Source: Vulcanimicrobiota bacterium (lineage in GTDB: Bacteria; Vulcanimicrobiota; Vulcanimicrobiia; Vulcanimicrobiales; Vulcanimicrobiaceae). Taken from it: a DNA stretch of 64,000 nucleotides. Positions within the stretch are counted from its first letter, which is position 1. Each line of letters starts with the position of its first letter. The notes under the pieces are model-generated. The model was not told the origin of the DNA and did not search any database. It was given only the letters and a program-made list of their open reading frames with translations. The translations under genes were made by a program, and so were the position numbers. The stretch covers positions 896,001-960,000 of the forward strand of contig CAWETW010000003.1 in the NCBI GenBank assembly GCA_963812155.1, read 5' to 3'. This document shows, piece by piece, positions 40,784-50,540 of the stretch.

Positions 40784-41605
40784 ATGCCCGACCCGTTGAA
40801 TCCCTCGCGCGTTACGCCGCCGGTCGAAGACGTCGTCGCCGACGTACCGGGCTGGCAGGCGATTAAGCCGCGAATTCCGGATACGCCGCAGCGGCGCACG
40901 CTCGAGAAACAGCGCAGCATTCGTGAAGTCGTTTTCGGCGTGCAGGACGGAATTCTCACGACGCTGGGCATCATCACCGGCGTCGGTGCCGCCGAGGGCG
41001 AACGCTCGGCGGTAATCATCAGCGGATCGCTCGCGCTTCTGGCCGGTGCGCTTTCGATGGGCGTCGGCGAATATCTCGGACGCAAAGCGGAGCGCGAGGT
41101 CGTCTCGGCCACCATCGACATGGAGAAGCGGGAGATGGCGGCCGATCCGCAGGCCGAGTTCGCGGAACAGGTCGCCTATTATAAAGTCAAAGGCTTCAGT
41201 GCGGACGAGGCGCAGATGATCGTGAAGCGCTTGACGCAGCACCCGGACATCTACCTCTACGAAATGGTACGCGACGAGTTCGGCATCGACCCGCGCGTCG
41301 CCGAAGACTCCGGGCTGCGCGGGCCGTTCGCGATGGGCATTTCGTATGCGATTGGAGCCCTCGTTCCGGTCGCCGCCTTTCTTCTGCCGCTTTCGATGCA
41401 CGTCGCAATTGCCGTGGCGCTTGCTTTTGCCATCGTCGGACTCTTCGCCGTCGGATTCTATGCTGGGACGTTGAGCGAGAAGAACCCGTTCGTCAAAGGT
41501 GCGGAGATCGTTGCATTCGGATGCTGCATCTTTGCGATCTCGTATTTGGCGGGGCACTTCATCCCGCCGCTCTTCGGGCACGCGCCGGTTTCGGTGGGAG
41601 GCTGA
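40784..41605 (+). CDS. VIT1/CCC1 family Fe/Mn transporter
   Basis: IREVVFGVQDGILT, AGALSMGVGEYL and SYAIGALVP. Confidence 0.92.
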   Translation: MPDPLNPSRVTPPVEDVVADVPGWQAIKPRIPDTPQRRTLEKQRSIREVVFGVQDGILTTLGIITGVGAAEGERSAVIISGSLALLAGALSMGVGEYLGRKAEREVVSATIDMEKREMAADPQAEFAEQVAYYKVKGFSADEAQMIVKRLTQHPDIYLYEMVRDEFGIDPRVAEDSGLRGPFAMGISYAIGALVPVAAFLLPLSMHVAIAVALAFAIVGLFAVGFYAGTLSEKNPFVKGAEIVAFGCCIFAISYLAGHFIPPLFGHAPVSVGG

Positions 41606-41614
41606 CGCGGCGGC

Positions 41615-42736
41615 ATGACGGTGATCGGCGCACTCGAAGCGGGCCTACTGCAAGCGGCGAGCTTTTTCTGGGATAGTCTCTTCGGACTCATCTTCGGGTT
41701 TCTCATCTCGGCCGTCGTGCAGGTCGCGCTGACCCCCGAAGCGATGGATCGGTATTTAGGGCCGAATCTCAAAGGGGTTCTCTACGGCGCGGGTTTCGGC
41801 ATCATCGCGTCGTCGTGTTCCTATGGAGCCGCGGCGGCAATGCGCGGGTTTTACCGGCAGGGCGCCGATCTGCGCTCGATCTTTTCGTTTCTCATCGCCT
41901 CGACGAACATGAACGTCGCGATCCTCGTCCTTTTCTGGTCGTTACTCGGATGGCGGTTCGCCTTCGCGGAGTTCTTCGGCGGAGCGTTGATCATCGCGGT
42001 CGTGTCGATCGGATTTTCGTGGATCTTCGGTCGCGACGAACTCGAGCGGTTGCGGAACGCGGCGACCGCCGAGGCGGCAGCCGAGGACGAAGCCCACTGC
42101 CACCACCACGAATCCTCGACAACGGTGCGCGGCTGGAGCGCGCTCGCGCGCGCCGGAACGTGGCCCGGCATCGCCCGAACCGCGCTCGCGGACGTCAAGA
42201 TGCTGAGGACCGAACTGATCGTCGGCTACCTGATCGCGGGTTTTGCATCGGCACTCATTCCGCCGGGCTGGCTCGCAAGCGCACTTCACGCGGTCGGAGC
42301 GATTCCGTACGCCGGCTACGTGCTGCTCCTCGCCTTGGGTTTACTCATCGCCGTCGTTACGTTCGTTTGTTCGATGGGCAACGTTCCGATCGCGCGCTAC
42401 CTGGCGAACGCGGGCATTCCGCTGGGCGCCAATACGAGCTTCATCTACGGCGATCTGCTGGTGCCGCCCCTTATAGCGATCTACCACAAGACGTTCCCGC
42501 CGCGTGTCGCATGGACGTTCGTCGCGCTCTTTGCGGGCGGCGCGATGTTCGCCGGCGCCGTCATGGAGTATCTGCTCGGCAACGTCTTCGGCGGGACGCC
42601 GATGGCCTCGATGACGATGAACGATCGCTTCACGCTGACGACCAACATCGTGGCGATTATTGCGGTAGTCGCGGTCGCGGTGGCGGCGTGGGCCGGCGGT
42701 CGCCGGCCCGAGGGGACGCTGCCAAGCAGTCATTAA
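41615..42736 (+). CDS. Predicted permease (ArsP/DUF318-like)
   Basis: ASSCSYGA, FLIASTN and FVCSMGNVP, with a His-rich loop EAHCHHHE. Confidence 0.88.
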   Translation: MTVIGALEAGLLQAASFFWDSLFGLIFGFLISAVVQVALTPEAMDRYLGPNLKGVLYGAGFGIIASSCSYGAAAAMRGFYRQGADLRSIFSFLIASTNMNVAILVLFWSLLGWRFAFAEFFGGALIIAVVSIGFSWIFGRDELERLRNAATAEAAAEDEAHCHHHESSTTVRGWSALARAGTWPGIARTALADVKMLRTELIVGYLIAGFASALIPPGWLASALHAVGAIPYAGYVLLLALGLLIAVVTFVCSMGNVPIARYLANAGIPLGANTSFIYGDLLVPPLIAIYHKTFPPRVAWTFVALFAGGAMFAGAVMEYLLGNVFGGTPMASMTMNDRFTLTTNIVAIIAVVAVAVAAWAGGRRPEGTLPSSH

Positions 42737-42881
42737 GTAATTCACGCACCTCATAGGTCGAAAGTCCCATAGCCTGGGAACTTTGGCCCATGAGTCTGAC
42801 CGGATGACGCGGAAACCTTGCCTGGACTTGGATTGCAACCAAGCACCCTAGCTGCCGTCGGGATGCGGCATCGAGGCAAAC

Positions 42882-43874
42882 GTGGGTGTGCGCGTATTTC
42901 GGATTCGCCTCTTTGGGCTGGCGACCGCGGCCCTTCTCGCCGCCTGTTCGGGCGGTACGCCATCCGAATCGAACGGCCGGATACTGCCGGCCAATCCGAG
43001 CGGCCCGCGCCCGATGCACTCTTCATTTTACGGTTGTCCGGTCTTCCAAGGCACGTACAATCGTATAGTGACGAATGCGGACGTCGATCCGGACAGCAAT
43101 AAGTACATCAATTCGGTTATCCAGGCGGGCGACACCGAAGGCTTTTATGCGTCGACCGGGGTCGAGCAAGTCAATCTAGCCGACGATCGAACGCCGTTGG
43201 TCACCGTGCACCAAAAAGTCCAGTGGCATCAATTTCCCGTTCCGTACCCGTGGCAGTCCGGATTCTATATCGAGCCGCTCGGCGACGCCCACGCGATAGT
43301 CGTCCAGACCGACAGTTGTCATCTCTACGAATCGTACTCGACGACGTACAGCAAAGGGACGTTGAGCGCGTACAGCGGCGCGAATTGGGACATGACGACT
43401 CGGTTCGTCCCGCTACCTCCCGGCAATCCGTCGGCTATGGCGTCGGGTCTGTCGCTTTTTGCAGGGATGGTAAAGTGGGAAGACTACGAGTCGGGCTCGA
43501 TCGATCACGCGCTCGATTGGTCGGCGATCGCGCATACGGTCGCGGAGAGCGCGTTCGTTACGCCGGCGAGCGACACGGACCACTTGCAGTTCGACGGACG
43601 CAGCCAGTACCAATTGCCTTACGGAGCACGGTTGCGTCTGAAAGCCTCATTTAGTACGGCCGGTTGGGGACCTCAGGCGACGATGGTCGCTAACGCGCTG
43701 AAAACATACGGAATTTATTTGTCGGACACGGGCTCGAGTGCGAACGGCCTCTATTTTGCCAACGCGAGCGATGGGAGCGATCCCTGGAATTCGAGCGATC
43801 TTTCGGCGCTAGGGCAAATTCACGTCGGGGATTTCGACGTGATCAATCTTCCGCCGATTCAAAACGCTCCCTAA
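42882..43874 (+). CDS. Hypothetical lipoprotein (paralog 1)
   Basis: Lipobox LLAAC. SAMASGLSLFAGMVKWE, IDHAL, PASDTD, LPYGARLRL and LKTYGIYLSDTG. Confidence 0.8.
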   Translation: MGVRVFRIRLFGLATAALLAACSGGTPSESNGRILPANPSGPRPMHSSFYGCPVFQGTYNRIVTNADVDPDSNKYINSVIQAGDTEGFYASTGVEQVNLADDRTPLVTVHQKVQWHQFPVPYPWQSGFYIEPLGDAHAIVVQTDSCHLYESYSTTYSKGTLSAYSGANWDMTTRFVPLPPGNPSAMASGLSLFAGMVKWEDYESGSIDHALDWSAIAHTVAESAFVTPASDTDHLQFDGRSQYQLPYGARLRLKASFSTAGWGPQATMVANALKTYGIYLSDTGSSANGLYFANASDGSDPWNSSDLSALGQIHVGDFDVINLPPIQNAP

Positions 43875-43924
43875 GGCAACCGCCTAGAAGCATACGACGA
43901 GGTTGGCGGAGAAGTGGAGTCCGC

Positions 43925-44822
43925 GTGGCGTTAGGAAGTTCGACGGTTCTGGCGACGGCGCTGACTGCGTGCGGTTTGTTTGGAGCGGGCGGCTTCTACT
44001 CGAGTTCGGTTCTCAACGCTCCCGTCGACCCCGATAGCGCGCGCTACGTAAAATCGATCGTCGAGGCGGGCGATCGAGGCGGATTCTGGATGGCCGCCGA
44101 TCCCGCCGAGCGCGTCAACCTCGCCGACGACGCAACGCCGGCGTACCCGGTTCGTCAAAAGGTACCGTATCATCAGTTCCCGGTGCCGTATCCGTGGCGC
44201 CCGGATTTTTATGTGGAGCCGCTGAGCGACGCGCACGCGATGGTGGTTCAGACGCAAGCATGCGAAATTGTACGAGACCTACCAGACGACGTTTTCCGGC
44301 GGCGTCCTCTCGGCGTACAGCGGAGCGCACTGGAATTTGCGGCATCCCTTCGTTCCTCTGGCGCCGGGCACACCCTCGGCAATGGCATCCGGGCTTTCGC
44401 TGTATGCGGGCATCGTTCGCTGGGAAGAAGTCGCACGCGGCTCGATCGGTCATGCGCTAAACTGGGCCGCTCCGGCGGGCACCGTCGCCCAATGGAGTTT
44501 CGTTCGACCGGCCAGCGATACCGACGGTTTACCGTTCAAGGGAAGCGGCCGGTATCAACTGCCTTACGGCGCTCGTCTCAGGCTGCGGCCGTCGTTCGAT
44601 ACATCACGTTTTGGCCCGCAAAGTGCGGCCATCGCTCGAGCCATGAAGACCTACGGTGTCTACTTGGCGGATACTGCACGGACGAACGAGTTGTACGACG
44701 CACTGGCGTTTGACGGGTCGAACCATTGGAACGAAGCGGACCTGGCGGCGCTTGGCTCGATCCACATAACGGACTTTGACGTACTTTCTCTCGGAACGAT
44801 CGAGCGCGTACCTGGCCGATAG
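43925..44822 (+). CDS. Hypothetical secreted protein (paralog 2; frameshift ~44266)
   Basis: Same motifs as 42882-43874: HQFPVPYPW, EPLSDAHA, SAMASGLSLYAG, PASDTD and LPYGARLRL. Confidence 0.8.
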
Positions 44823-44839
44823 CCGTTAACGGAGCTTCC

Positions 44840-45661
44840 CTAGCGGCCGCTGATGAGCGTGGCGCCGAATTCGATCAACATCGCGGCCGGCACGAGGACG
44901 AGTTGAGAGAGAACCATGCCGATGACCGCCGTCATCGAGAGTCCGGTGACGAGCGCTTTTACGTCGTCCAGCGAGCGCTCTCCGCGAACCGCGCGGTCGG
45001 TAATCAGCGCCGAGGCCGGATCGACGATGATGTTGTACGCGATGGTGGCGAAGCCGTTGACGAGGCCGCTGGAAAGAACGGCGGTTCGAGCCGCATGCGG
45101 GTTGAGAACGCTGGCGTAAGCGGCGGCCGCGATGCCCGCACCGTATATCGCCGTAACGATCACGTTCAGAAGGAGGACGTCTTTGGGAACGCGACCGAAC
45201 GGAAGATCGCGCCACCGCGTTGCGACGCCGAACTTCACTTCTCCGATCACGGCGGCAATCGTGGCCGGTCGAAACATCGCAAGCGCGGCTTTGGGAATGC
45301 TGCCATTGCGCTCGAGCGATCGAATCGCGCGCAGATAAAACATCACAAACGTCGGTATCGCCAGCGTACCGATAACGGCTCCGACGGTCCCCGAAATAAT
45401 GATCGAGCGTAGCTGCCATTGATAGACGCCGAGCGTCGCCGAAACCGCGCGGTCCGAGAGAGCACCGAGCATCGGCGTGTAGAACATCTGCGCGAAGCGG
45501 CTGCTGGTCGCAAAGATATTGAAGAGCGAAATGGCGGTGGCCACTCTACCGGAGCGCGCGCCTGCAAGACGCGCCGCGTATGCCGCGATCGCCAGCGCCT
45601 GGACGGCGCAATTGAGAACGATGGCGAGCAACAGCTGCCACGACCAAAAGTGGTGAGGCAC
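44840..45661 (-). CDS. amj: Amj (DUF2837) family lipid II flippase
   Basis: AYAARLAG, AISLFNIF, SSRFAQMF, GTLAIPTF, TAIYGAG, LSSGLVNGFATI, IVDPASALITD and GMVLSQL. Confidence 0.85.
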   Translation of the reverse strand: MPHHFWSWQLLLAIVLNCAVQALAIAAYAARLAGARSGRVATAISLFNIFATSSRFAQMFYTPMLGALSDRAVSATLGVYQWQLRSIIISGTVGAVIGTLAIPTFVMFYLRAIRSLERNGSIPKAALAMFRPATIAAVIGEVKFGVATRWRDLPFGRVPKDVLLLNVIVTAIYGAGIAAAAYASVLNPHAARTAVLSSGLVNGFATIAYNIIVDPASALITDRAVRGERSLDDVKALVTGLSMTAVIGMVLSQLVLVPAAMLIEFGATLISGR

Positions 45662-45771
45662 TTAGGTAGTCTAAAGCGCACGGTGGGCCAGGCAATCTAT
45701 CCTTTGCCCCTGTCTTTGGGACTTTCGCTTCTCGACGCGGCGGCACACGCACCGTATATTCGAAGGACCGG

Positions 45772-47232
45772 ATGCCCACACTAACGACGACGCAAATCGA
45801 GCCACGAGCCGCGCTCGCAGCTATCGCGCTCATGGGCGCGGCGGCCCTCCTTCTGCTCGTCGGAAATGCGGGGGCTGGGACGCTCGTCTTCGCGGCGGTC
45901 TTAGGAACGGCGGGGCTCTATGCGGCGCTGCGGTGGCCGCTCGATTCGTTGTTCGGCCTGTTCGTCTTGCTCGTACCGTTCGACAACGTGCTGAACACCG
46001 GCTCGTTCGGTACCCTGACGAAGCTCCTCGGTGTGATTGCGGGCGCATTTTTGTTGTTTTGGGTCGTGCGCCGGCGGCATTTCAGCCTGGCGAGTAAGCC
46101 CTTGCAAGTGTTGTGCGCACTCGTCGTTTGGATGCTCGCCAGCTGCCTGTGGGCCGTCGACCAGAAGGCCGCGTTGCAAATGATTCCGACGTACGTCGGA
46201 CTGATGCTGCTCTATGCGGTGCTCACTATGGTTCCGATTTCACGGGCGCAGTTTCGAATGCTGCTGTTTCTAATCGTTATCGGCGGCGTGTGCGCGGCGG
46301 CTTACGGCGCGCAACTCTTCTATCACGACCCGTCTTTTGCCCAGCAAGCCCTCACGATGCGACGGCTCGTCATCCAGGTCGGTGACTATCACATCGACCC
46401 GAACCACTTTTCGGACGCGTTGTTGTTCCCGGTCGCGATCGTCGCGATGTGGGCATTGCGAGCCAGGCGATTCTTCCCCATGATGCTGAGCGTCGCGGCC
46501 CTTGCTTTGCTGATCGTCGCCATTCTGTTGAGCGGATCGCGTGAAGGCCTGACGGCCATCGGCGTCATCGCCGTTTACTATCTTTGGCGGTCGCGCTACC
46601 GGTTTCGGCTGGCGGCGGTAATGACGGTCGTTCTCGTCGTGATCGCCACGGTCCAGACCTCGGTATTCTTGCGCTTTTCAACCGCGCTGCAAACCGGCGG
46701 CTCCGGGCGAACGTCGATTTGGGCCGTCGCCATCGAGGCCGCAAAACACCGTTTTCTGCAGGGTTACGGCATCGGCAACTTTACGGAGGCCTTCGATATC
46801 TATTATTTGGGCGTCCGCCAGCCGTATCCTTATGGCTGGGACGGCCCCGCCCATAACCTCGTGCTGCACTATCTCGTCGAGTTGGGGATCGTCGGCGTCG
46901 TGCTGATCGCGGGCTTTTTCGTCGCGCAGTTTCGCTCTCTGCGCGACGTCGATTCGAGCAGCGAGTTTTACGACTACCGGATCGTGATGGAAGCGGTCCT
47001 CGTGGCGATCCTGGTCGTCTCGATGACGATCGACCTCTTCCAGTACAAGTACGCATGGCTCGTCTTTGCGATGGTAGCGCTGCTGCGAAGCGCCGCGGTT
47101 GCTCAGCAGAGCGCCGCGATGCGGCCGGCCAGATCCGCCATGATATCCGACCTGTCTGCTCGGCTCAGGACGAGCTCCTTGCCCTTGTCGCCGAGTTCGC
47201 GCAGCGCGACCTTATCGAGCAGCGAGATCTGA
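45772..47232 (+). CDS. O-antigen ligase/Wzy-like polymerase
   Basis: Multi-TM. DPNHF, LSGSREG, GSGRTSIW, GYGIGNF and AHNLVLHYLVELGIVG. The 3' end overlaps the convergent GT. Confidence 0.88.
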   Translation: MPTLTTTQIEPRAALAAIALMGAAALLLLVGNAGAGTLVFAAVLGTAGLYAALRWPLDSLFGLFVLLVPFDNVLNTGSFGTLTKLLGVIAGAFLLFWVVRRRHFSLASKPLQVLCALVVWMLASCLWAVDQKAALQMIPTYVGLMLLYAVLTMVPISRAQFRMLLFLIVIGGVCAAAYGAQLFYHDPSFAQQALTMRRLVIQVGDYHIDPNHFSDALLFPVAIVAMWALRARRFFPMMLSVAALALLIVAILLSGSREGLTAIGVIAVYYLWRSRYRFRLAAVMTVVLVVIATVQTSVFLRFSTALQTGGSGRTSIWAVAIEAAKHRFLQGYGIGNFTEAFDIYYLGVRQPYPYGWDGPAHNLVLHYLVELGIVGVVLIAGFFVAQFRSLRDVDSSSEFYDYRIVMEAVLVAILVVSMTIDLFQYKYAWLVFAMVALLRSAAVAQQSAAMRPARSAMISDLSARLRTSSLPLSPSSRSATLSSSEI

Positions 47233-48287
47233 CGCAGCGCCTCGGCTAACGCCCGTGCGTCTCCGGCCGGGGTACATATTGCACCGAGCGAAGCGCCTTC
47301 CGATTGGGCCTCTCCGCCGGCCGCCACGATGACCGGGCAACCCACCGACAATGCGTCGTACAGCTTGGTAGGGATGCTTTCCTCGATCCCCTTGCGCAGT
47401 GGAATGATCGAAACGTCCGCGTTCGCCACCTTCGCCATGGCGCCGGCGCGGGACAAACTTCCGATGAGATGGAGATTCCGTATTCCTTCGGTGCGCACGC
47501 GTTCGTCGAGGCGCGTTCGCTGGGCTCCATCGCCCACGATTTCAATACTGATGTCGTCTCTTGCGACCAGCTTGGCCGCATCGGCCAGGACGTCGATGTC
47601 GGTGGTGAGGCCGAGATTTCCGGCGTACACGGCGGTGAACCCGTCCTCGCGCGCTGGGAGAACCTGCACGTCGGGGAATCTTTCCGCTGCATTGCGCGCG
47701 AGAACGAGCCGGGACGACTCGACGCCGCGTCGCGCGACTTGAGACAGTGCCGTCGGCGTCACCACCGAGACCAGATCGGCGCGACTGTATAAGAAGCGAA
47801 CGAATCGTTCGAGCGTCCGGGCGAAGAAGCCGTCGGACTTCCAAACGCCCATCGCAATCGCGATGTCGGGGAATACGTCGCGAACGTCGACGACGAACCG
47901 CGCGCCGTGCCGCGCCGCCCCGACCAAACCGGGTACGGTCACCGTAATCGGCGGCGAGCTGACGATCACGACGTCATAACGCTCGCGTGTTCCGATCATG
48001 TATAACGACTCCGAAAGCGCGGTCGTGAGCCAATGCAGAAACCGGCCGCCGGGCATGCCCGGAATCAAGATCGAAAAGAGGCGGACGATACGAAACCCGT
48101 CGCCCTGGTCGACGCGTAGGACGGGTCGCCGCCGCTCGGCAAATCGGCCGCGAGGAAATGACGGATAGGTGGTGACGACCGTCACGTCGTGCCCCGCATT
48201 TGCCAGGGCTTTCGCAAGCGTTCCGACACGCAGCGATCCGGCCCCAGGCTCCGGGGGAAAGAAGTGGGTAATCAGCGCGACCTTCAC
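47103..48287 (-). CDS. Glycosyltransferase family 4 (WbuB-like)
   Basis: ITHFFPPEPGA, SSPP, DVRDVFPD, YAGNLG and IPTKLYDALSVGCPVI. Confidence 0.9.
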   Translation of the reverse strand: MKVALITHFFPPEPGAGSLRVGTLAKALANAGHDVTVVTTYPSFPRGRFAERRRPVLRVDQGDGFRIVRLFSILIPGMPGGRFLHWLTTALSESLYMIGTRERYDVVIVSSPPITVTVPGLVGAARHGARFVVDVRDVFPDIAIAMGVWKSDGFFARTLERFVRFLYSRADLVSVVTPTALSQVARRGVESSRLVLARNAAERFPDVQVLPAREDGFTAVYAGNLGLTTDIDVLADAAKLVARDDISIEIVGDGAQRTRLDERVRTEGIRNLHLIGSLSRAGAMAKVANADVSIIPLRKGIEESIPTKLYDALSVGCPVIVAAGGEAQSEGASLGAICTPAGDARALAEALRQISLLDKVALRELGDKGKELVLSRADRSDIMADLAGRIAALC

Positions 48288-49266
48288 GTAGTAGCTCCTC
48301 CCGATACCGTGTCGAGTTTGAAGAACCGTTCGGGAAGGCTGCCGAGCGTCTCGCCCAAGAGCCTTCTGCGGCTCGCACTGGTTTCGGTGTAGGCGGTCCA
48401 GCGCGCAGCCGCATCACCAAACGAGGGCTCATCGAACATTTTGGAAAGAACGCGCATCTGCGCGATGTGGAATTCGTGATACTTCAGGGTTGCGATGTGC
48501 GGCCGGCGCGTCGAGCTATGCAAGAGACTATACAGCGTCCACCAGCCCGTATCGAACCGCGGTAACCATCGCCGAAGCGTTTGGACGCACCGTTCGGAGA
48601 CTTCACCGAGCCAGGCCTCGCCGGTGAGTTGCCATAGCTCCCAAATTCCCACAGCGCGTAGACACATCCATTGAGAATGTGGGGCGCGTGCCGGTTTGCG
48701 ACCTCTTCGAAGAAGACGTTCTCGCCGCTTTTCCAGACGACGCCCCCGCCGTCGATGTCGGCTCGAAACGGTTGGGCAGCCCGAAGCGCGGCAGCGTCGA
48801 AACCGGCGTCCTTTTGCATTCCATGCGCCCGCAACAGCACCGAGATCGCTTCCCCTTGTGCCATCGCCGAAGACCATCCCACTCCGGCGCCGTACTTGTG
48901 CCACGGAAAAGCAAAACGGTACGTCCCGGGGATACCGTCGTTCTGTTGGCAATCTCGAAGCCACGCGGCCTGCGCGAGAAAGTCTTTACGCGCGACGACA
49001 TCGCCGGTACGGTGCCAGACGCCGAAACGGTGCAATGCAAACTGAGCGATGCGGATGGCGTGATAGTACCGTTCGTGTCCGCTCAGCAGCACGCCGCGCG
49101 AATCGCGAGGTGCGTTCGTCCAGTCTTCTCCGTACGCGCCATTCCCCGGATCCCACTCGATGAAATACGGGGATCCGCCGGGATCGCTCAAGGATTCCAA
49201 GCCGTACGCGCGACGATGCGACCACGTTAGCGGAAAGCCCAGCGCCACTCGGCGCAGCACGCTCAC
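48284..49266 (-). CDS. D-glucuronyl C5-epimerase family protein (frameshift ~48648)
   Basis: IAQFAL, WSSAMAQGEAISVLLRA, FFEEV, HILNGCVYALWG, RFDTGWWTLYSL, YHEFHIAQM and ARWTAY. Confidence 0.88.
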
Positions 49267-50540
49267 GCCACGGCCTGGCGCGCGAGCGGGACGAACTGGC
49301 GTCCCAATAGATAGCATTCGAATCCACAGCGCTGCCACTCTTCGACGGCAAAAAAGTTTCGCGTATCGATCAGCCGCGCGGTCCGCATCAGCGACGCCAT
49401 CTCCGCCGGACGGATGCTTTGGAATGCCGCGTGCGGCGTGATCAAAACCAAGGCATCCGCGTCGGCCGCAGCGAGCGCGAGCGATTCAGACAAAGGCTCG
49501 ACGAAGCGCGTGACGAGCGGGTCGTAGACGGCGGTCGCATAACCGCGTTCGCGCAGCAAATCGGCGATGCGAGCGGTCGGGCTTTCACGCGCGTCGTCGA
49601 CGTCGGCCTTGTAGGCTGCGCCGAGCAGCGCGATCTTGCGGCCCCGCGCGGGGCCCACCATTTCAGCGATCCTGTGCACGATGTGGTACGGCATGCGATC
49701 GTTGACGCGCCGGGCAGACTGGATGAGTTCGGTAACGAACGGGCTGGCATTTGAGAGGAATTGCGGATCGACCGGAATGCAGTGTCCTCCGACGCCCGGG
49801 CCCGGGCTCAAGATGTCGACCCGCGGATGCTTGTTCGCGAGCTCGATCGTTTCCCAAACGTCGACGCCGAGTTCTTCGGCGATAATCGAAAGCTCGTTCG
49901 CAAATGCGATGTTGACGTCGCGAAACGTGTTTTCCACGATCTTGACGAACTCTGCGCCGGACGTTGACGCCAGGGCGATCGGACCTTCGCAGAACGACGC
50001 GTAGAGATCGCGGACGATTTCACCGTCGCGCTGGGTGCGACCGCCGACCACCCGCGCGTTGCTACGCAACTCTTCGATAATTGCGCCCGGGATGACGCGT
50101 TCGGGACAATGCGCCACGTGATAGTCGTCGATCGATTTACCGGCTTGGTGCAAGGCTCGCTCGAAAATCCGCTCGGTGGCGCCGGGGGGAACCGTCGATT
50201 CCAGCACCAGCAGCGACTGGGGTTCGGCCACCGCGGCGACTGCGTCGGCCGCCGCCTCCACATAGCGAAGGTCCGGTTTTCCCTCGTGCGTCGGAGTGGG
50301 CAAGCACAGAATAAACGCGCGTGCGGTGGGGACCCGATCGACGACATGCAGGTTGCCGCTGGAGAGGGCTTCGAGCACTGCTTGGCGCACGGCGCTTTCG
50401 TTCGTAGCAATTTCGCGGCGCTGCAAACTGCGCCGCAGCTTTGGATTGGCATCGTATCCGTAGACTCGGTGGCCGCTGCGCGCAAAAAGCGCCGCCGTCG
50501 GCAGTCCGATATAACCGAGGCCGATAACCGCTACGTTCAC
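49263..50540 (-). CDS. wecC: Nucleotide-sugar dehydrogenase, WecC (UDP-ManNAc dehydrogenase)-like
   Basis: GLGYIGLPTAA, ESTVPPG, HCPERVIPG, ENTFRDVNIAFANE, HPRVDILSPGPGVGGHCI and YKADVDDARESP. Confidence 0.85.
   Translation of the reverse strand: MNVAVIGLGYIGLPTAALFARSGHRVYGYDANPKLRRSLQRREIATNESAVRQAVLEALSSGNLHVVDRVPTARAFILCLPTPTHEGKPDLRYVEAAADAVAAVAEPQSLLVLESTVPPGATERIFERALHQAGKSIDDYHVAHCPERVIPGAIIEELRSNARVVGGRTQRDGEIVRDLYASFCEGPIALASTSGAEFVKIVENTFRDVNIAFANELSIIAEELGVDVWETIELANKHPRVDILSPGPGVGGHCIPVDPQFLSNASPFVTELIQSARRVNDRMPYHIVHRIAEMVGPARGRKIALLGAAYKADVDDARESPTARIADLLRERGYATAVYDPLVTRFVEPLSESLALAAADADALVLITPHAAFQSIRPAEMASLMRTARLIDTRNFFAVEEWQRCGFECYLLGRQFVPLARQAVA

Noticed and set aside
42795..42817. 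Hammerhead ribozyme or SAM/c-di-GMP riboswitch match
   Set aside because: CTGA...GAAAC is present, but the CUGANGA core and required stems are not. Riboswitch consensus blocks match only in fragments.
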